Assembly: GCA_964443495.1 (NCBI GenBank)
Contig: CAYUCS010000003.1
Location: forward strand, 68,031 to 132,030
DNA length: 64,000 nt
Direction: 5' to 3'
Origin: an uncultured Gammaproteobacteria bacterium
Lineage (GTDB): Bacteria; Patescibacteriota; Patescibacteriia; Patescibacteriales; GWE2-39-37
Positions 9,014 to 16,834 of the stretch are shown one piece after another; within the stretch, counting starts at the first letter, position 1, and every line of letters starts with the position of its first letter. Made by a program: the position numbers and the translations under genes. The notes beneath the pieces are model-generated. The model was given only the letters and a program-made list of their open reading frames with translations, was not told the origin of the DNA and did not search any database.

Positions 9014-9036
9014 CCAATATTATCATCTAATATTGG
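9014..9036. promoter_or_regulatory. Inverted repeat immediately upstream of the recA start codon (candidate operator)
   Basis: CCAATATTA-tcatc-TAATATTGG has 9-bp perfect arms and ends 10 nt from the recA ATG. On the minus strand it overlaps a TAATAT -10-like hexamer. Confidence 0.4.
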
Positions 9037-9129
9037 TAAATAAATAAATTAATACAAAAAACAAAGCGGTTTCTAAAACCCCCTTGCTTTATTCATTAAC
9101 AGTATAGCATATTTACGAATCGCGCGCCA

Positions 9130-9804
9130 TCACTCCACCAAAACCTGGCGCTTAACGACCGTTTTGCGTCCGAATTTCTTTTGTGCCGTCACGATTATGG
9201 TATTGATGCCGACCTTCAATTCTACTTGTTTTTCAAAATTGCCTTGCAAATCAAGCAAAACCGCCTCGGAATTGACTGAAAGCTCAGTTTCGCTTTCAGC
9301 CCAACCCTTCACCTTAATTGACTTTTCTTTGGTGATAATATTATTGTCCGGCGAGGTCAAGGAGAGTTGCGGCGGTGAAACAATCTTGCCCAGGCGATAA
9401 CCCAAAAACCACAGGCAAAGAAGCACTGCCAATGCGATTAGCAAGTTCTTCGCTATCTTGGGCGTAGCCCAAAAATGCCGAGCTTTGACAACCTGTTTAG
9501 AAAACAGCTCCTGATTAGCCTTTTCTTTAGTGACCGTCATCTCATCGTCAAAAAGCTTCAGAAGCGGCACCGGGTCGAGCTTGAGGAAAATCGCGTATTC
9601 GCGCAAAAAATTCTTCCCGTACACGCCTGATGGCAGGGAATTGAAATCGCCCTTTTCCAGGGCTTCGAGGTATTTGATGCTGATTCCGAGCTCCTTGGCT
9701 GCTTTGTCCAGCTTATAGCCATAACGTTGGCGCTGGCTCCTAAGCTGCTCAGCCACGGTCTCGGAGTCGAGAAATATCTTATTGATCTTGAATTGTGGCG
9801 ACAT
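9130..9804 (-). CDS. RodZ-like HTH (XRE-type) bitopic membrane protein
   Basis: The ATG at 9804 (MSPQFKINKIF...) avoids overlap with the upstream gene. It has an HTH region (LDKAAKELGISIKYLEALEKGDFNSLPSGVYGKNFLREYAIFL), a central TM helix (LLIALAVLLCLWFLGY) and a beta-rich extracytoplasmic C-terminus. Confidence 0.75.
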   Translation of the reverse strand: MSPQFKINKIFLDSETVAEQLRSQRQRYGYKLDKAAKELGISIKYLEALEKGDFNSLPSGVYGKNFLREYAIFLKLDPVPLLKLFDDEMTVTKEKANQELFSKQVVKARHFWATPKIAKNLLIALAVLLCLWFLGYRLGKIVSPPQLSLTSPDNNIITKEKSIKVKGWAESETELSVNSEAVLLDLQGNFEKQVELKVGINTIIVTAQKKFGRKTVVKRQVLVE

Positions 9805-9811
9805 AATGCGA

Positions 9812-10345
9812 TTACGGCGAGACGTTCCAGTTTGCGCTTCCGCCAATGCCGGTGACGATAAAATTTATCACCGCCCAGCTGACAAATACGATTACCAGTC
9901 CGATAACAGCCCCGATGATGATTGATTTTCCCTTGGCCACCTTATCACTTGACCCCTGGGAAAGCAATAGCACGAAGCCGCCATAAACGAACATTAGCAA
10001 AGCCAGGGAACCGACAATGCCCTCGATCCACTTGGCAATGTTCACTGCTAACTGCAGAAAGTCATTAAGCTCATAGTCGCCAGCCTCTTTCTTTGACTTG
10101 CTTGGGTCAACTTTGCTTTGTCCATCAGGTATTATTGCTGTGCCTTTGCAGCATTCTTGGTAATTGGGGTCGCTTGGCGATGTGCCTGGGCACGCACCGC
10201 GTGAAACGCACGAAAGCCCCGTTGCAGGTTTCATGCAGCTTTCCCCTGCCAAACAAGAAGCCGCATTAGCAGTTTTTGCAACCGTCGAGATGAGGAGCAA
10301 CAGCATAAAAGCTATCGCGCATTTTTGAAGTATTTTTTTTATCAT
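9812..10345 (-). CDS. TrbC/VirB2-like pilin-family small membrane protein (Cys-rich secreted N-domain plus two TM helices)
   Basis: Start taken at ATG 10345 (the track start 10354 is TTG). It has a signal peptide and a Cys-rich region. This is followed by WIEGIVGSLALLMFVYGGFVLLLSQGSSDKVAKGKSIIIGAVIGLVIVFVSWAVINFIV, the two-helix hairpin typical of VirB2-like pilins common in CPR genomes. Confidence 0.55.
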   Translation of the reverse strand: MIKKILQKCAIAFMLLLLISTVAKTANAASCLAGESCMKPATGLSCVSRGACPGTSPSDPNYQECCKGTAIIPDGQSKVDPSKSKKEAGDYELNDFLQLAVNIAKWIEGIVGSLALLMFVYGGFVLLLSQGSSDKVAKGKSIIIGAVIGLVIVFVSWAVINFIVTGIGGSANWNVSP

Positions 10346-10350
10346 AAAAA

Positions 10351-11808
10351 TCAATAAACGGTCTGCTGAACCTTTTGCACTGCCCGATCCATCGTGCCGA
10401 CAATGTCATCTTGATTGGCCACGGCCTCATCAATCATCTGATTAAAAATAGTCTCGGCCGCCAATGCATCCTTGCCGCGATACCAGCTTTTGGCGGTAAG
10501 CACCTGGCTGGCAAAAATTCCTAGTTCGGGAATCTGTGTCTGCTGTTCGACTAATGAACGCAAGGCGGTCGGCCTCTTAGATTTAGCGATGTAGGTCTTG
10601 GCTTGCTCCTCCTTAGTGATGAACTGGACAAAATCCCAGGCCGCATCCCTCTTCAGCCGAGGATAATCGCCGCCTTTTTTCAGATTCTCCGGGTTGGTCA
10701 TAATCTTTTTCGAAACCGTCTCGACCCAATAATTAGCATAATTGATCGACTGGCCGCCATTCTCAATCTGCGGCAATTTGGCGATTGCGAAGTTCAATTT
10801 AGGCGCCTCGGCCTTGATGGTTGGCAGGTGATAAGAATAGCCAAACATCATAGCCAATTGATTATTGACGAAAAGCTTCAAAGAATCGTCCATTTCCTTA
10901 TTCCAGCTATAGACCTCTTTTGACGGATTGGCAAAGTCGGTATAAAAACGCAAAGCTTCCAAGCCAGGGTTGTACTTAATACCCTTATCTGGCGGCACCT
11001 GATTGAACAACGGCTGGCCCGCCGCCGACATCATGTCTGCGCCGTTCTGCATCATCAGCGTGGAAAGAATATCGAATGAGCGCTGGATATTGGCCGCACC
11101 GCCCAAGGCGACACCCGACTGAATGATCTGGCCCTTAGTGTCTTGCTTGGTCAGCTTTTTAACATACTGCTGAAAAGTGCGGTCCCAATATACTGGAGGT
11201 TCGGCGATGCCGGCATTGTTAAACAGGTCCTTGTTGTAATAAAGCGCCAAGGTATCGATAAACAACGGGAGACCATATACCTGTTCCTTCAAGGTCTTGT
11301 TGTCTTTTTGCAGCACCTTGATCACTACGTCATCATAAACGGTGTCGACAAAGGTCGTCTTGATGTCTTTCGGTTTGATTGATTCGGTCGTTTTGACGAC
11401 ATTGACCAGCTCCTTCTTAATGCTGCCCTGGGTGGTCTGATAAACCAACGAGGTCTTGTCCGGCATCGGCTCGATCTTGTTCTGGTATTTTTTGATCCAA
11501 GTGCTCGGGATAGAGAAGATGTCCGGTCCGCGATCTTCAGCAAAAGCGTTCAGAAGCTCGCTTTCATATTCCTCATAACGGAATTTGCGGTATTCGATCT
11601 TGATATTCGAGTGCATCTCAGAATATTTCTTCAACTGCTCTGAAAAAGTGCTCGTATCATCCCAGACACGCCAATAAGTCAAGGTAATCGGCTTTAATCC
11701 GGCCGTCACGGTCGCGTCCTGCGTCTTGCAGCCGAAGCCTGAGGTTACAATGAAGATACCCAGCAAGAAAATTATTCCTTTCTTTTTATTCATATGGTTA
11801 TTTTTCAT
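10351..11808 (-). CDS. Extracellular solute-binding lipoprotein (ABC-type, family 1); no permease or ATPase genes adjacent
   Basis: Lipobox-like FIVTSGFGC, then TLTYWRVWDD...LLNAFAEDRGPDIFSI, typical of sugar/oligosaccharide SBPs; 485 aa. Confidence 0.85.
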   Translation of the reverse strand: MKNNHMNKKKGIIFLLGIFIVTSGFGCKTQDATVTAGLKPITLTYWRVWDDTSTFSEQLKKYSEMHSNIKIEYRKFRYEEYESELLNAFAEDRGPDIFSIPSTWIKKYQNKIEPMPDKTSLVYQTTQGSIKKELVNVVKTTESIKPKDIKTTFVDTVYDDVVIKVLQKDNKTLKEQVYGLPLFIDTLALYYNKDLFNNAGIAEPPVYWDRTFQQYVKKLTKQDTKGQIIQSGVALGGAANIQRSFDILSTLMMQNGADMMSAAGQPLFNQVPPDKGIKYNPGLEALRFYTDFANPSKEVYSWNKEMDDSLKLFVNNQLAMMFGYSYHLPTIKAEAPKLNFAIAKLPQIENGGQSINYANYWVETVSKKIMTNPENLKKGGDYPRLKRDAAWDFVQFITKEEQAKTYIAKSKRPTALRSLVEQQTQIPELGIFASQVLTAKSWYRGKDALAAETIFNQMIDEAVANQDDIVGTMDRAVQKVQQTVY

Positions 11809-11838
11809 ATTATACCAGATTTATCGCTGCAAACAAAA

Positions 11839-13359
11839 CTAATCTTCTTTTGCTCGATACTGCAACGCCTCAGCCACGTGCAACTGGCTAATTTCTTGCT
11901 CTTCAGCCAGGTCGGCGATCGTTCTGGCAAGCTTGATTATGCGATAATAGCTTCTTGCCGACAAATGGAGGCGCTCGACAGCTTGGCGTAGCAACTCAAG
12001 TGTCGACTGGTCCAGTTTGTTGGTTTCCTTGACTAGCTGGGTCGGTATTTCAGCATTCGTTAGGAATCCCGACTTTGCATACCGCGCTTGCTGTATCTTC
12101 CTTGCTCGTGTCACTCGTTCCTTTATCTTCCTTGAGCTTTCGCCGGCAGAGACTTGGTTCAACTTATCAAAAGAAATCCGAGGAACCTCGACATGGATAT
12201 CGATGCGATCAAGAATCGGTCCGGATATCTTCTTCTGGTAAGCAAGCGTCTGACTGGCTGAGCATACGCAAGCTCTTTCCGGATCATTCAAATAACCGCA
12301 TGGACACGGATTCATCGCTGCAACTAGCATAAACTTCGCAGGAAAAGCTACCGTGCCGGCCACCCTTGAAACGGTCACTACGCCGTCTTCCAGCGGCTGC
12401 CGCAAATTTTCCAATGTCTGTCTTGAAAATTCAGGAAACTCATCGAGGAAAAGCACCCCTCGATGAGACAATGATATCTCCCCAGGCTTAGGCCAGGTGC
12501 CGCCGCCCACCAATGAAATTCCTGAAGAAGTGTGGTGGGGCGAACGGAATGGGCGAGCCCTGACCAGAGAACCGTGAGATGACAAGCAACCGGCAACGCT
12601 GTATATCTTGGTTATTTCCAATGCCTCTTCCAAAATAAGGTCAGGCAAAATCGAACACATTGCTCGAGCGAGCATGGTTTTTCCTGATCCGGGCGGTCCG
12701 CTCATCAACATATTGTGGCCGCCGGCCGCGGCGATTTCCATTGCCCGCTTGACGTGCTCTTGTCCCTGGACCGAAGACATGTCAATGGGCGCTGCCACAG
12801 CCGCCGCTTCAAAGCCGCCAGGCTCGTGTCTTTGCATAGTCCGCTTGCCAGTCAGGTGCTCCAATAATTCAACGATGTTTTTTGGTCCATACACCTCAAG
12901 CCCCGGGGCTAAGCTCGCTTCTTTGACGTTCGCTTCGGGAACGAACAACTTCTCAATTCCCCATTTTCTAGCAGCCAAAGCTATGGGCAAGACGCCATGG
13001 ACCGATCTTATTTCGCCATTCAAGGCAAGCTCACCCAAAAAAAGGGCTCGTCGAGTCGCGTCAGCGAAGCTTGTCTTTGCCGCTGACTGCAGAATACTCA
13101 TCGCGATCGGCAAATCATAGCTCGGTCCTTGTTTCTTCAAATCGGCTGGAGCCAAGTTGACCGTGATTTTTATTTTTGGAAATTCGATGCCTGAATTGCG
13201 TATCGCGCTGCGCACTCGCTCCTTCGCTTCCTGGACCGCCAAATCAGGCAATCCGACGATCGAAAAAGAACCTAGCTGGCCGCCGCCCGTATCAGCTTCG
13301 ACTTCCACTGGCATCGCATCAAGACCGAGGCATGCCCCCGACAAAATTCTTGCTGGCAT
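11839..13359 (-). CDS. comM: YifB/ComM family Mg-chelatase-like AAA+ ATPase
   Basis: Lon-protease-like N-domain, Walker A MSGPPGSGKTMLA, Walker B VLFLDEFPEF and a C-terminal ChlI-type domain; 506 aa. Confidence 0.9.
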   Translation of the reverse strand: MPARILSGACLGLDAMPVEVEADTGGGQLGSFSIVGLPDLAVQEAKERVRSAIRNSGIEFPKIKITVNLAPADLKKQGPSYDLPIAMSILQSAAKTSFADATRRALFLGELALNGEIRSVHGVLPIALAARKWGIEKLFVPEANVKEASLAPGLEVYGPKNIVELLEHLTGKRTMQRHEPGGFEAAAVAAPIDMSSVQGQEHVKRAMEIAAAGGHNMLMSGPPGSGKTMLARAMCSILPDLILEEALEITKIYSVAGCLSSHGSLVRARPFRSPHHTSSGISLVGGGTWPKPGEISLSHRGVLFLDEFPEFSRQTLENLRQPLEDGVVTVSRVAGTVAFPAKFMLVAAMNPCPCGYLNDPERACVCSASQTLAYQKKISGPILDRIDIHVEVPRISFDKLNQVSAGESSRKIKERVTRARKIQQARYAKSGFLTNAEIPTQLVKETNKLDQSTLELLRQAVERLHLSARSYYRIIKLARTIADLAEEQEISQLHVAEALQYRAKED

Positions 13360-13463
13360 AGTATGAAAATCCTAAATTTTGGAAAATTAAACTAAAACAA
13401 AAAAACTCAACCGGCTTTCAATGATTTGCATATCCGAAAATCTATTTCATTTTACCACAAAAC

Positions 13464-13497
13464 AAAAATAACCGCCTTGTGTAAGCGGTTATTTTTT
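13464..13497 (-). terminator. Intrinsic terminator downstream of smc
   Basis: AAAAATAACCGC-cttgtgtaa-GCGGTTATTTTT; T-rich on both sides. Confidence 0.7.
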
Positions 13498-13516
13498 ATT
13501 GAAAATTGGATGCGAA

Positions 13517-16138
13517 TCATTGCTTATCGACCGCCCTGGCATCTTCCAGCTTGATGCTCAAAAGCTTGGAAACGCCATCATCGCCCATGGTTACGCCATA
13601 CAAGACATTGGCCTTGCGCATGCTTGCCCGATTGTGAGTTATGACGATGAACTGCGTCTTATACGACAGGTCATCGAGGATCTTGGCCAGACGCTCGGAA
13701 TTAGCTTCGTCCAGCGCCGCATCGACTTCGTCCAGAACGACGAACGGCGACGGGTTGACGTTGATAATGGCGCAAATCAGGGCGATCGCGGTCAGGGCAC
13801 GCTCGCCGCCAGACAGCATGGCGATCGACTTGATCTTCTTGCCTGGGGGAGTGGCCTGAATCTCGATGCCCGCCAAGCCGGTCGCATTATACTTCTGCAG
13901 ATACTTTATCTTCTTGATCTGTTCTTTCCGAAGCTCTTCTTGGGTAACAAGGGGAGCGTCCTCGGCTTCAGCATCCTCGCTGTTTTCCATAACCTTGATA
14001 ATCTTAGCCGAGCCGCCATTGAACAATATCTTGAAGTACTCCTCGAACTTGGCGGCGATAACCTTGAATTTCTTGTCGAACTTATCCTTGATGACTACGT
14101 CAAGCTCCTTGATGATTTTCTCCAAAGACGAAATGGCGTCAGCTAAATCCTTGATCTGATGCGACAAGAAATCGAATCGCTCCTTGGTTTGAAGATATTC
14201 CTTTTCAACCTCGGGATCGATGCCGCCGATATGCTCCAGCTGCCGCTTAAGGCTGTTGATTTTCTCGCTGATCGGCCCTATTTCAACGGCACCCTCGATC
14301 CTTTCCGCCTTCACCTCCTTCAAGCTGCCCAAAGATTGCCTGATTTCTCCCTCCAAATCCTCCAGCTTGGTTCCATATCTGGTCGACCCGACTTGCAGGT
14401 CGTTCAATTGGCGGCTAAACTGGTTGATTTCGTTTTGCAACGACTGAAGGCTGTTCTGCATCTCGAACAGCATGGCCCTTTCAGCCGCCTCAGATTTTCC
14501 GACTTCGCTGATTTTGGCACGTAATTCAGCTAAGTTGGCTTCAATCTCTGAGGCCCTGGCCTTAAGCTGCTCCTGTTCCTTGCTTAGTTCGCCGAAGTCC
14601 AGTTGATTCTGATGCTGCTTGAGCTTCTGCTCCAGCTGCCTCAGCTCTTGTTCAAGCTGCTGCCTATGCTGTTTCAAGACCTTGGCTCGCTCGATCTGCG
14701 GCCAAGACTTGGCGCTCTGTTCGCCCAATCTTTGCGTCAGCTCCTCCCTCTCCTCAGTCAAGCGGATCAGCTCAGTGTGGATCTGTTCCAAAGTTTCGCC
14801 GCCGCCCACTTTATTGGATAGTTTCAAGATTTCTTCGACGTCGTTTTTGATTTCGGAAAATATAAGTCGTGCCTGATCGATGTCCTGGGCTTGTTCCGCT
14901 TGCTCCAACTTGACGAAAAGGTTCTTAAGCTCCTGATTGATTTTCTTTATCTCCTCCTCATTCAACGAACTGCTGGTTTTAACCAAATTCGAATTCAGCT
15001 CCCTGATTTTTGCGGTCAAGGCATCTCTTTGCTGGACAAGGCTCTTTTCCGCTCGCTCGAAACTCTCGATATTTCCCATGAGGCTGGAAATCTCTTCATC
15101 CAGCTTCGACTTTTCGACGGTCAATTCCCCTTGCTTATTCTTGAGCCAAGACAAGTCGAACTGCCCGCTAGATTCAAGGCGAACCTCGAGCTGCGCATCG
15201 ATTCTTGCCAGCTGGCGATGGATTGATTCGCGCTCAGACTCCAGCTGCGCAACCTCAGCGCGCCAAGCCACCAGCTCCTGATTGACGAGGCTCTTCTGCT
15301 GCAGTTGCGACAATCTCTGCCTTAATGATTCCAGCTTCCTGTCCTTCTCCAATTTATTCTTTTCAACTTGCAAATATTCCTGATTATACTGCGAAAATTT
15401 GTCATTGATCTCGTGCCAAAGCTTGCGATAATATACCAGCTCCAAGCTCCTTAGTTCCAGCTCTAATTCGCCCCGGCGCTGCAATCGGCTGACCTGTTTA
15501 GTGAGGCTTTTGAGGCGCGGTTCGATTTCCGCCAAAATCATCTCGGCTTGTCCGGAATTCTCATAACTTGCGAGCAGCTTATTCAAGGCCTCGTCTCGCT
15601 TTATCTGATACTGCTTCACTCCTGTGGCCTCATCGAAAAATTCCTTGCGTTCAGACAAACTAGTATTTAAGAACCCTTCAACCATGCCCTGCCCAATGAC
15701 GCTATAAGTCTTTTGTCCGAAGCTTGATTTAGCCAAAAGCAATTGGATGTCTACCAGTCGTACGCGATTGTTGTTGATCAGATATTCGCTATTGCCATCC
15801 CGATAAAGGCGCCGAGTCAAAACAACCTGAGCATAATCTATCGGAGCTTTGCGGTCCTCGTTATTCAAAAAAAGAGAGACTTCGGCCATGCTTAATTTTG
15901 ACTTCTTGTCTGACCCGGAAAAGATCACGTCTTCCGACTTCTTGCCTCGCAAGGTTTTCATGCTCTGTTCGCCTAAAACCCATCTTACCGCATCGGCCGT
16001 ATTAGACTTGCCAGAGCCATTCGGCCCGACGATGGCAGTGATCCCTCTTTTGTCCTCAGTCACCATGCCAGGAAAAACCAGCAAATTCTTGCTGGCGAAT
16101 GACTTGAAGCCCTGGATTTCCAATTTTTCCAAATACAT
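13517..16138 (-). CDS. smc: SMC-family chromosome partition ATPase, short form without a recognisable hinge
   Basis: Start taken at ATG 16138 (MYLEKLEIQGFKSF...). It carries Walker A GPNGSGKSN, the signature LSGGERALTAIAL and Walker B FVVLDEVDAALD. At 873 aa it is shorter than typical SMCs (about 1150-1200 aa). The middle ~480 aa is uninterrupted coiled-coil-like sequence. Confidence 0.85.
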   Translation of the reverse strand: MYLEKLEIQGFKSFASKNLLVFPGMVTEDKRGITAIVGPNGSGKSNTADAVRWVLGEQSMKTLRGKKSEDVIFSGSDKKSKLSMAEVSLFLNNEDRKAPIDYAQVVLTRRLYRDGNSEYLINNNRVRLVDIQLLLAKSSFGQKTYSVIGQGMVEGFLNTSLSERKEFFDEATGVKQYQIKRDEALNKLLASYENSGQAEMILAEIEPRLKSLTKQVSRLQRRGELELELRSLELVYYRKLWHEINDKFSQYNQEYLQVEKNKLEKDRKLESLRQRLSQLQQKSLVNQELVAWRAEVAQLESERESIHRQLARIDAQLEVRLESSGQFDLSWLKNKQGELTVEKSKLDEEISSLMGNIESFERAEKSLVQQRDALTAKIRELNSNLVKTSSSLNEEEIKKINQELKNLFVKLEQAEQAQDIDQARLIFSEIKNDVEEILKLSNKVGGGETLEQIHTELIRLTEEREELTQRLGEQSAKSWPQIERAKVLKQHRQQLEQELRQLEQKLKQHQNQLDFGELSKEQEQLKARASEIEANLAELRAKISEVGKSEAAERAMLFEMQNSLQSLQNEINQFSRQLNDLQVGSTRYGTKLEDLEGEIRQSLGSLKEVKAERIEGAVEIGPISEKINSLKRQLEHIGGIDPEVEKEYLQTKERFDFLSHQIKDLADAISSLEKIIKELDVVIKDKFDKKFKVIAAKFEEYFKILFNGGSAKIIKVMENSEDAEAEDAPLVTQEELRKEQIKKIKYLQKYNATGLAGIEIQATPPGKKIKSIAMLSGGERALTAIALICAIINVNPSPFVVLDEVDAALDEANSERLAKILDDLSYKTQFIVITHNRASMRKANVLYGVTMGDDGVSKLLSIKLEDARAVDKQ

Positions 16139-16252
16139 AATAATCAATATAAAAGCTAAGGCTTTTGGATGGTCTTGAATTAATGCTTCTTGACCAAAAA
16201 TAAAGCGAATTACGCCCTTGTTATCCCCATTATACTACATATATAGCCAAAC

Positions 16253-16277
16253 AAAAACCGCCCTGCCGGGCGGTTTT
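16253..16277. terminator. Intrinsic terminator ending the 16.8-16.25 kb minus-strand transcription unit
   Basis: AAAAACCGCCC-tgcc-GGGCGGTTTT. On the minus strand the hairpin is followed by TTTTTGTTT. Confidence 0.7.
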
Positions 16278-16395
16278 CCCCATGCTTGTCTCACCTTAGG
16301 AACTAAGATGACACAAGAAAGGGAGCCATGTTGGTTAACCAGTCTCTTTTTTGGCTGTTAAATCAGCATGGCTTTCTTTAGGAATGGTGTTCCCT
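16278..16395 (-). ncRNA. Candidate structured RNA segment (unknown family; 3-prime UTR element or small RNA)
   Basis: Minus-sense pairing: a 9-bp hairpin UCAUCUUAG-uuc-CUAAGGUGA (16291-16311) and a 13-bp stem AAGAAAGCCAUG / CAUGGCU(CCC)UUUCUU (16315-16378). A U:G pair becomes a C:A mismatch on the plus strand, which favours the minus orientation. No ORF covers the segment. Confidence 0.3.
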
Positions 16396-16479
16396 TTGTT
16401 ATTTAATTGTTAAAAGAGCGTTTTAATTTATTAATTTTTGTATTTATTTTTTAAGCAGCGCTATTTTTCTTGGCTGCTT

Positions 16480-16761
16480 TTAGCATAAATATGCAAATGA
16501 TAATTTATTTGTCTCTTCTTGCATCACATTTCCCTGTTCCACTTTCTGATTTTGCAATTGTTCGGCAGACACAATCCCCTGGTACGTTACCGACAAAGCC
16601 TGGGCACTTCCTAAGACAATAAAAAAAGCAATGGACAGACTAAGTATGAGTCCAGACATGCTGAACTCCTGCTCCATTGCTTTCTTTTTGATCGAATTGT
16701 ACGAGCGCCAGGTCATCAAGCCGAACTTGAACTCAACCGAACGCAAATTGCGAGTGGCCAT
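16480..16761 (-). CDS. Hypothetical small bitopic membrane protein (93 aa, or about 65 aa from the internal Met)
   Basis: This is the only ORF in a promoter-to-terminator unit. It has one TM helix (GLILSLSIAFFIVLGSAQALSV) and a Gln/Glu-rich tail. I see no recognisable family and no clear SD. Confidence 0.4.
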   Translation of the reverse strand: MATRNLRSVEFKFGLMTWRSYNSIKKKAMEQEFSMSGLILSLSIAFFIVLGSAQALSVTYQGIVSAEQLQNQKVEQGNVMQEETNKLSFAYLC

Positions 16762-16794
16762 CTTTTTATTTTTGTTTTTTATTTTGTTAATTTA

Positions 16795-16823
16795 AGTATA
16801 GCAAACAATCGAAATTTTGTCAA
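16795..16823 (-). promoter_or_regulatory. Near-consensus sigma-70-type promoter for the small ORF / structured-RNA unit
   Basis: Minus strand: TTGACA (16823-16818), exactly 17 nt, TATACT (16800-16795). Confidence 0.5.
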
Positions 16824-16834
16824 TGTGTATAACT

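Noticed and set aside
13499-15281. Series of plus-strand ORFs (215, 121, 111, 114 aa and others) across the smc locus.
   Set aside because: They are all antisense to the SMC coiled-coil region. Repetitive Leu/Gln/Glu codons read as open Leu/Phe/Ser-rich frames on the other strand.
16278-16480. Checked for tmRNA, RNase P RNA, SRP (4.5S) RNA and 6S RNA in the large gap.
   Set aside because: I found no tRNA-like 3-prime end, no GGAAAGUCC-type P4 sequence and no SRP helix-8 motif (GGAA tetraloop with AGCA loop). The length is too short for RNase P or tmRNA. It is kept only as an unclassified candidate.
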